53,941 bases of DNA, taken from the IMG/VR virus record IMGVR_UViG_3300024275_000010, positions 1 to 53,941 of that record; one strand, 5' to 3'. A model generated the notes under the pieces. That model worked only from the letters and a program-made list of their open reading frames with translations. It was not told the origin of the DNA and searched no databases. Both the position numbers and the translations under genes were made by a program. Shown here piece by piece: positions 47,944 to 53,941 of the stretch. How positions within the stretch are numbered: position 1 is the first letter of the stretch; every line of letters begins with the position of its first letter. The DNA is from a virus. Lineage: Duplodnaviria > Caudoviricetes.

Positions 47944-50148
47944 GTGAAAATACGCGAACTGACTGACGTTCCGGCAATCAGGGATTACCTCAATAGGGTG
48001 GGGGCGCAACCCAGGAGCCTGAAGTCCGCAGTAGTCAAGCAAACAGCCGGTAAGTATTGGAAAGACCTGGCGGTAATCAGGTTCACAAAGGCCGGTGACG
48101 TTGAATGCTCCACCCTTGAGCATTCGCCCACGGACCTTGAACGGCAGTTGATTAAGGACGCGCTGAGCACCGTCACATGGCCAGAGCTCAAGAAGATGGT
48201 GCGATTGATCGACCCACCGCAGATGGTGAAAGATGCTGCGCCAGAAGATGTGTTTGAGTTCCGTGACAGGGACGGACAGATCATCATGGTGCAGGTCAAG
48301 AATGAGCTGCCGAGTGGTGACCGCTATTATGCGCCCTGGACCTATTGGGACGATAATCAGTGGCGCATGTGCGAGCCTGACGGGCCATTGCCATTGTTCA
48401 ACGCCGACAAGATCGGCGAGAACACCACCGTATTCATCCATGAAGGGGCCAAGGCAGCGCGGCAGATGCAGCGCATGGTTGATGGGGAGGACAAGGTTCA
48501 ACGGCAAAAGCTGAACGATCACCCCTGGGGACTTGAGCTCAGTGGGGCCTGCCATGTTGGGTGGATTGGCGGCGCTCTGTCGCCCTACCGCACTGACTGG
48601 TCCGTGCTCAAGGCGGCGGGCGTGAAGCGAGCCTACATAGTGGCGGACAACGACGCGCCTGGTAGATCCGCAGTTCCGGCCATATCCAAGCATTTGCGCA
48701 TGCCGACGTTCACAGTGCAATTCACAGACGAGTTTCCAGGTTCATTCGACCTGGCTGACCCATTCCCCAAGAAGATGTACAGTAATGGCGCGGGGGAAAA
48801 GGTTTATATAGGACCAAGCTTCCGCGATTGCCTGCACCCTGCCACCTGGGCCACTGACGTCATCCCACCAGCTAAGGAAGGTGGACGACCAGGCCACGCT
48901 TTGCGGGACAGCTTCAAGGGCATGTGGGCCTACATAGAAGAAGCAGACATGTTCGTCTGCACAGAAATGCCGGAGATCATGCGCAATGAATCTATCCTCA
49001 ACAAGATGCTTGCTAGCTTTAGCCATGTTAACGACACTTGCCGCCTTATCATCAAGGCGTATCAGGGCAGAAGCACGCGTGTCTGCTATCGCCCTGACGT
49101 GGTTGGTCTCAAAGTCACTTTCCGAGGTTCGAGCGCGATAAATTTGCACGTGCCTGGCAATGTCAAGTCCCAGCCTGGCGACCCCAAACCGTTCCTGGAT
49201 TTCATTGATTACTTGTTTGTGAGTGAGAGCGAGCGAGTTGAGGTGCTGCGTTGGCTGGCCACGCTGATCGCCAGGCCTGACATAAGGATGCTTTATGGAC
49301 TACTGCTTATTTCCGAGCGCCAAGGCGTCGGGAAAACTACGTTGGGGGCTAGCATCCTCGCCCCTCTCGTCGGAATTCAGAATGTGGGCTTTCCGGGTGA
49401 AAGCGATGTTACCTCCGCATTCAATGAGTGGGTGGCTCATAAAAGGCTGGCCATTGTATCTGAAATATATTCAGGACAGTCGTGGCGAGCATATCATGCT
49501 CTCAAAAGCGTCATCACTGACAGAGACATTACGGTCAACCAGAAATATATGCGTCAGTATGTCATTGAGAACTGGTGTCACATCTTAGCTTCAAGCAATA
49601 GCATGCGCGCATTGAAGATGGAAAATGACGACAGGCGATGGTTCTACCCAGAAGTGACTGAGGTGCCTTGGCCACGAGATAAGTTTGATGCACTACGCAA
49701 ATGGCTCAACTCCGGTGGCCTTGGGGTCATCAAGCATTGGGCAGAGAATTGGGGCAATTATGTGCTGCAATCAGACCGTGCGCCAATGACAGACCGCAAG
49801 CGGGAGATGATCGAGGGCAGTAGGTCTGAGGCACAGCAGGAAGCGGCAGCCCTGGCTGAAGCTCTGAAAGAGCTAGGCAGGCCGGCAGCCCTGTTGATCA
49901 AAGACGTTGTAGGTTGGTGCCGTACGCACGTTCAGGGCAGGGTGTTCGACACGGATTATGAATTGCGCAAGGCAATGGTTGAGTGCGGGGTGACCGCTTG
50001 GGGCAAGCGCATCAAGGTGGGTGGCAGGCTACAGTATGCGGTGATCAATCCGGCGCTGCTGGACCTGGCTCAACGGTCAGAGGACCAGACAAGTTGCATC
50101 CGCGAGCATTTGGTCAAGTGCACGGACATTATGGATGGGGAGATGTGA
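47944..50148 (+). CDS. TOPRIM primase - SF3-type helicase fusion
   Basis: IHEGAKAA and VADNDAPG (TOPRIM); ERQGVGKT Walker A; LKSVIT, SNS, DRRW. Confidence 0.85.
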   Translation: MKIRELTDVPAIRDYLNRVGAQPRSLKSAVVKQTAGKYWKDLAVIRFTKAGDVECSTLEHSPTDLERQLIKDALSTVTWPELKKMVRLIDPPQMVKDAAPEDVFEFRDRDGQIIMVQVKNELPSGDRYYAPWTYWDDNQWRMCEPDGPLPLFNADKIGENTTVFIHEGAKAARQMQRMVDGEDKVQRQKLNDHPWGLELSGACHVGWIGGALSPYRTDWSVLKAAGVKRAYIVADNDAPGRSAVPAISKHLRMPTFTVQFTDEFPGSFDLADPFPKKMYSNGAGEKVYIGPSFRDCLHPATWATDVIPPAKEGGRPGHALRDSFKGMWAYIEEADMFVCTEMPEIMRNESILNKMLASFSHVNDTCRLIIKAYQGRSTRVCYRPDVVGLKVTFRGSSAINLHVPGNVKSQPGDPKPFLDFIDYLFVSESERVEVLRWLATLIARPDIRMLYGLLLISERQGVGKTTLGASILAPLVGIQNVGFPGESDVTSAFNEWVAHKRLAIVSEIYSGQSWRAYHALKSVITDRDITVNQKYMRQYVIENWCHILASSNSMRALKMENDDRRWFYPEVTEVPWPRDKFDALRKWLNSGGLGVIKHWAENWGNYVLQSDRAPMTDRKREMIEGSRSEAQQEAAALAEALKELGRPAALLIKDVVGWCRTHVQGRVFDTDYELRKAMVECGVTAWGKRIKVGGRLQYAVINPALLDLAQRSEDQTSCIREHLVKCTDIMDGEM

Positions 50149-50149
50149 T

Positions 50150-52168
50150 ATGACGGAAGAAGCCAGAATATCGCTGTCAGAGTCAGAATGTGCTCGGATC
50201 ATGGCGAGCGTCAATTGGTTAATGGGGTTCGTCCAAGGCAGGGGATATGAAATCCCGGACGAAATGGTCAATCGCTTTGCGCCATTGGCCAAGCATGCCG
50301 GTTTGGAACACATGACTGGACAGATAAGGTCATGATCGCAATCCTCACCGACAGGGTCGAACGGGCAATCAGCCAGCTCAAGGCCGAGCGCACCATAGAT
50401 GAATATTCAACGACCAGGCGTAGGGGCACGTTTTGCAGCGGCAGGGAGTTTGTGGTCGTTACGCTGCCGGAACACCTGGACGGCGTGAGGCTGAAAGACT
50501 ACCGTGTGATCGGCAACGTGGACAATTTGCTGATTGACCATGCTAGAGCGAGGATGGTGGGATGAAAGCGGGCATAGCTGTTGATGATTGGAAATTACCG
50601 ATATTCCGCAAGCGCCTGACGGAAGCTGGCTTCAAATATGAGGACGCTGGTGAGATGACGCCAAACGTCACACTGCTTAAGGTCGAAACCGACAATATGT
50701 TCAAGCTCAAGAATGTGTTGGAAAAGTGCCAGGCTGAGTGTGCCAGGAGCAAAAAATGACCAGCCCACTGATTGATTGCCAGTTCACGGTGGACCAGTCG
50801 GAGCTTATTCAGCCGGTACCAGGTGGGCAATTGGCTAGGCAGCAAGGGTGCTTGTGCCCTGTGCAATATGCGGAGGACATTTATTCGTGGGTGATGACGG
50901 TGCACGAGGAATGCCCGTTGCACGGAGCAACCGTCATTTTTGAGGTGGTGTGATGTCGCGGTTTAGCAGGAGATTAGGTGATGAGGCTTGATGGCAAAGT
51001 CAATGACATAAAGCGTATTCTTGCTAGACAGACCAGGAACGGACAAGATCAAGAGGAGAAGCGTGTATATGGCTTGACGGTGCGATTGCCCGACACATCA
51101 CTGCAAGCGGATTACAATTACGGCTATGGCAGCATGAGCTTCATCCTTCACGGAAAGTCCATGAGAGATTTTGTGGACCTTGGTGGCGAAGTGGATATTT
51201 ACGTGGTTCCAAAGGGTCTAGGACAAGATGTGCCCCAAAGAGAGTTCGAAGACCTGCGGACTAGGACCTATGAGCTGGAGGGCATGGTGGAAAGCCTCAC
51301 CCAAGCCAACGAGCTATTGAAGAACAGGAACCAGATCATGCAGCAAGAGAGCCAAGCCATTCATCAAAGGTTGAAAGTGGCTATGGATGAAGTCATGCGG
51401 CTTGAAGCTAGGATAGGCATTCAACCTCCTGCTCCAGCACAATTGACAGATGAAAGGTGACGTCATGAAATTCCTCTCTTTCTTCCGTCGTAAGCCACAG
51501 TGGGTGCCTCCTGTTGGGGACGGGACCGTTTTTGGCAATTGGTCCCCTGGCGACCTGGCGGTGTGCATCATGGACGGAATGTGGGCCGATTTCAGTGATG
51601 GTCATATCTATCCTTTAGGCCCAACCAAAGGTGAGGTGCTCAAGGTGGCTGGAACAGGGTTCGTGCTTAATTGGCACGTGCTCTATTTTGAGAAATACGG
51701 GATGGAGAGCGGGTTTGTGGCGCTGAACTTCCGCAAGGCTGTGCTGGACAAAGCAGAGGCCTGTGAGGAAGATTTTGTTAAATTGCTGAAGCGGTCAAGG
51801 CAGAAGGTTGGTGTGTGATGGATCACCCAATCATCCTGAAAAAATCTGAGGTCCTTGAAGCCATTCACAATAGCCTTATCGATCTCCCCATTTCTTCATT
51901 TCAAGGACAACCTAAGCCTGGTGATGAACTTTGGGTGTGTGAAAGCTTCCGCAGGTGGCGAGGCAGTGCAAGCGGCAAGACGATTGTTTATGACGCTGAT
52001 GACCGATGGATTGATTATGGCTCAGGGGAAAACTTCATCGACAGAGTGACATGGTTGACTCCGTCTACCCCGCCCAGCAAAATGCCGAAATGGGCATCGA
52101 GATTGAGACTGAGGGTGGAACGGGTTGAAGAGCGAACAGTCAAGTGTTCGGTGGTGATTGTAGGGTGA
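50150..52168 (+). CDS. run of seven small genes (50150-50335, 50332-50565, 50562-50759, 50756-50953, 50981-51460, 51465-51818, 51815-52168)
   Basis: Mostly 4-bp-overlap coupling; last has PGDELWVCE...PS.MPKWASRL motif common in phage hypotheticals. Confidence 0.55.
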
Positions 52169-52605
52169 TTCTCTCTGAGGACGATGTCCGTGCCTATGTG
52201 CGTGAGGCGAGCGGCGGTAAAGCCAGGTGGATTGAGCCCGCTTTAGGGTCAACGCCTGGACTGCCGGATTGCTGGGTGCCGAAAGGCAAGGGGATTGGGC
52301 AGGTGCACCTTGAGCTAAAATGCGGACAGATCAAGAATGGTAGGCTAAGGTTCAAGGTCCGGCCGGAACAGAAAAAAGAGATCAAGCGGATGATCCAGGA
52401 CGGTGTGGTTGTTGGCTTCTTGGTGGGCATTCAGGACACCCATAATTGTGTGTTCATGGCGGTGACAGGCGACAGTTTGGGTGGCAATGTGGGACTTTCC
52501 GGTGATGATACCCCAAAATATTTTGCCGATGTCAGAGAAATTCGACACTATGGATTTTGGCTCGGAGTTAATTTCATCTTTTCTGACTGTGGTGAAAAAC
52601 TGTGA
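52165..52605 (+). CDS. VRR-NUC-like PD-(D/E)xK nuclease
   Basis: GLPDC, HLELK, RPEQ motifs. Confidence 0.7.
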   Translation: MILSEDDVRAYVREASGGKARWIEPALGSTPGLPDCWVPKGKGIGQVHLELKCGQIKNGRLRFKVRPEQKKEIKRMIQDGVVVGFLVGIQDTHNCVFMAVTGDSLGGNVGLSGDDTPKYFADVREIRHYGFWLGVNFIFSDCGEKL

Positions 52606-52702
52606 AATTTTTGGGTTATTTCGTCACTTTATAATGGTCTGGATGATGGGGATGGATGGATCATGGTTGGACTGAAAACATTGAAGAAATTTGGGTCGTT
52701 TG

Positions 52703-52862
52703 GGTTCGTAGTTCGGAAATTCCTTTGTAACCCAAAAGTTGGGGCCCATTTTTTTAGGTGGTTCCACTTTCTCCTTCCTTTCCCTCGTTGAGACCAAGAG
52801 AGAAGAAATTTCTAAACATGGAGTAGAGTTTTGAAACAAGTGAAAATTCCGAACTACGAACC
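52703..52862. repeat. 16-bp perfect inverted repeat with 128-bp spacer
   Basis: GGTTCGTAGTTCGGAA (52703-52718) and TTCCGAACTACGAACC (52847-52862). Confidence 0.9.
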
Positions 52863-53394
52863 TACCACGTGGGATTGCGATTGGCGTGGTAAATGGCTGG
52901 TGTTGCGTTGTGCAAACAAGAACACCACCGCCCTGGCTTCCGGCCTGGCGATCAAGGGATTGAGAGCTTGGACCCCGATGTGGGTGAGACGGGTGCGCTA
53001 TCCCAGGTCTAACAATGCGAGGTCTTTGACGTTGCCTTGCCTGCCCTCATTCGTGTTCCTGGCGGAAGCGGACGCTGTTAGGGCTTTGGACGCCGCTCAA
53101 GCTATGTTGGTGCCTGGGTTCTCGGTGATGAAGAGCTATGGCATGGTGGTAAGGATAAAGGATAATGATTTGCAAACTTTGAGAGACATCAGTGATACCA
53201 CTCCCCGTAAGGACGACAAGGTGTTATGGCCTGATATTGGCTCTGAGCAGAAGATCATTTCGGGAGCGTTTCAAGGCTTGGTAGGCAAGGTGGTAGGCAG
53301 GACCAATCGGCACTGTTTGGTAGAGATTAACGATCAGCAATTTCCGGTTGTCAAAATACCGCCTTTTCTTTTGGAGATTTTCAAGGCAGAATAA
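52831..53394 (+). CDS. NusG/RfaH-family transcription factor
   Basis: WLVLRC, AWTP, PCLPSFVF (NGN domain); IISGAFQGLVGKV (KOW). Confidence 0.8.
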   Translation: MKQVKIPNYEPTTWDCDWRGKWLVLRCANKNTTALASGLAIKGLRAWTPMWVRRVRYPRSNNARSLTLPCLPSFVFLAEADAVRALDAAQAMLVPGFSVMKSYGMVVRIKDNDLQTLRDISDTTPRKDDKVLWPDIGSEQKIISGAFQGLVGKVVGRTNRHCLVEINDQQFPVVKIPPFLLEIFKAE

Positions 53395-53579
53395 GTGCTC
53401 ACTCGTCGTTAGGTTTCCCAGAGCCTCCCCAGCCTCCAAGAAACTTAGCGACGGGTTCCGCGCTATAGCGCCAGGAAGATTGGTACGGTCGCCTAGAGCA
53501 GATCGCCCTTCCACCCTAACCGACCCAGGGCTTCCCTTGGGCGGAAGTTCTAGACCTGCTCCTTAATATAAAAGGCCAG

Positions 53580-53897
53580 ATGCGCTACCCAAAGGGCAAA
53601 CGTAACTACCCTCCCTCTTCCTTAGCTAAAAGAATAAGAGGTCATAAGGGTGTTGCCCTACGCAAGAGAAGGATGGCACGTACCAACTGGCTTTGTGAGG
53701 ATTGTTTGGCAGCCACACCCAAGAGGGTAAGACCTGCTAGCGTTGTTGATCATATCCTGCCCCTGGCTATGGGTGGCCTTGATATAGACAGTAACACCCG
53801 CAACCTTTGTGATGAATGCCACGAGATTAGGACAGCGGAACAGTTCGGTAGAGATAAGAAGCCACGCCGTGATGCTGATGGTTGGCCCATTTGGTGA
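53580..53897 (+). CDS. packaging-associated HNH endonuclease
   Basis: CEDC, VVDHILPL..GG, NTRNLCDECH; precedes terS across the genome ends. Confidence 0.9.
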   Translation: MRYPKGKRNYPPSSLAKRIRGHKGVALRKRRMARTNWLCEDCLAATPKRVRPASVVDHILPLAMGGLDIDSNTRNLCDECHEIRTAEQFGRDKKPRRDADGWPIW

Positions 53898-53941
53898 GGG
53901 GCGGGAGCATTCAAAAAGTTTTGGTGTGCGAAAGTGAAAAC

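Noticed and set aside
1-53941. Lysogeny module, tRNA genes, introns or inteins
   Set aside because: No integrase, CI-like repressor or ParA and no cloverleaf seen by eye; TerL, DnaE and helicase lengths leave no room for inteins. A tRNAscan/Infernal run would be needed to be certain

Overview
The window looks like an essentially complete ~54-kb genome of a lytic, cos-type siphovirus. It opens at terS and closes with an HNH gene. An alphaproteobacterial, possibly sphingomonad, host is a weak inference. Layout: (1) a + strand late operon (37-29674) with terminase, fused prohead protease-HK97 capsid, a displaced portal, collagen-like and Gly-rich fibres, neck, tail with a -1 frameshift chaperone, tape measure, tailspike with S74 chaperone, a clan GH-A-like glycosidase, the lysis cassette and an exported Calx-beta/DUF1996 protein; (2) a - strand early block (29677-37258) of small genes, a SNF2 helicase and a SLOG protein; (3) a + strand replication block (37479-53897) with SSB-like protein, FAD oxidoreductase, aberrant ThyX, HAD phosphatase, DUF6378/Nmad-like protein, DnaQ, DnaE, primase-helicase, VRR-NUC-like nuclease, a NusG paralog and HNH. 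No integrase, repressor, tRNA, CRISPR array or reverse transcriptase was recognised. The best candidates for new biology are a putative DNA base-modification module built on a ThyX lacking its canonical His/Ser residues plus a UGM-like flavoprotein; four short conserved 'joint' repeats framing swapped in-frame cassettes around the SNF2 gene; and an HPD/Pro-rich micropeptide coupled to a membrane protein at the head of the lysis cassette. All family calls come from motif recognition by eye; no searches were run.
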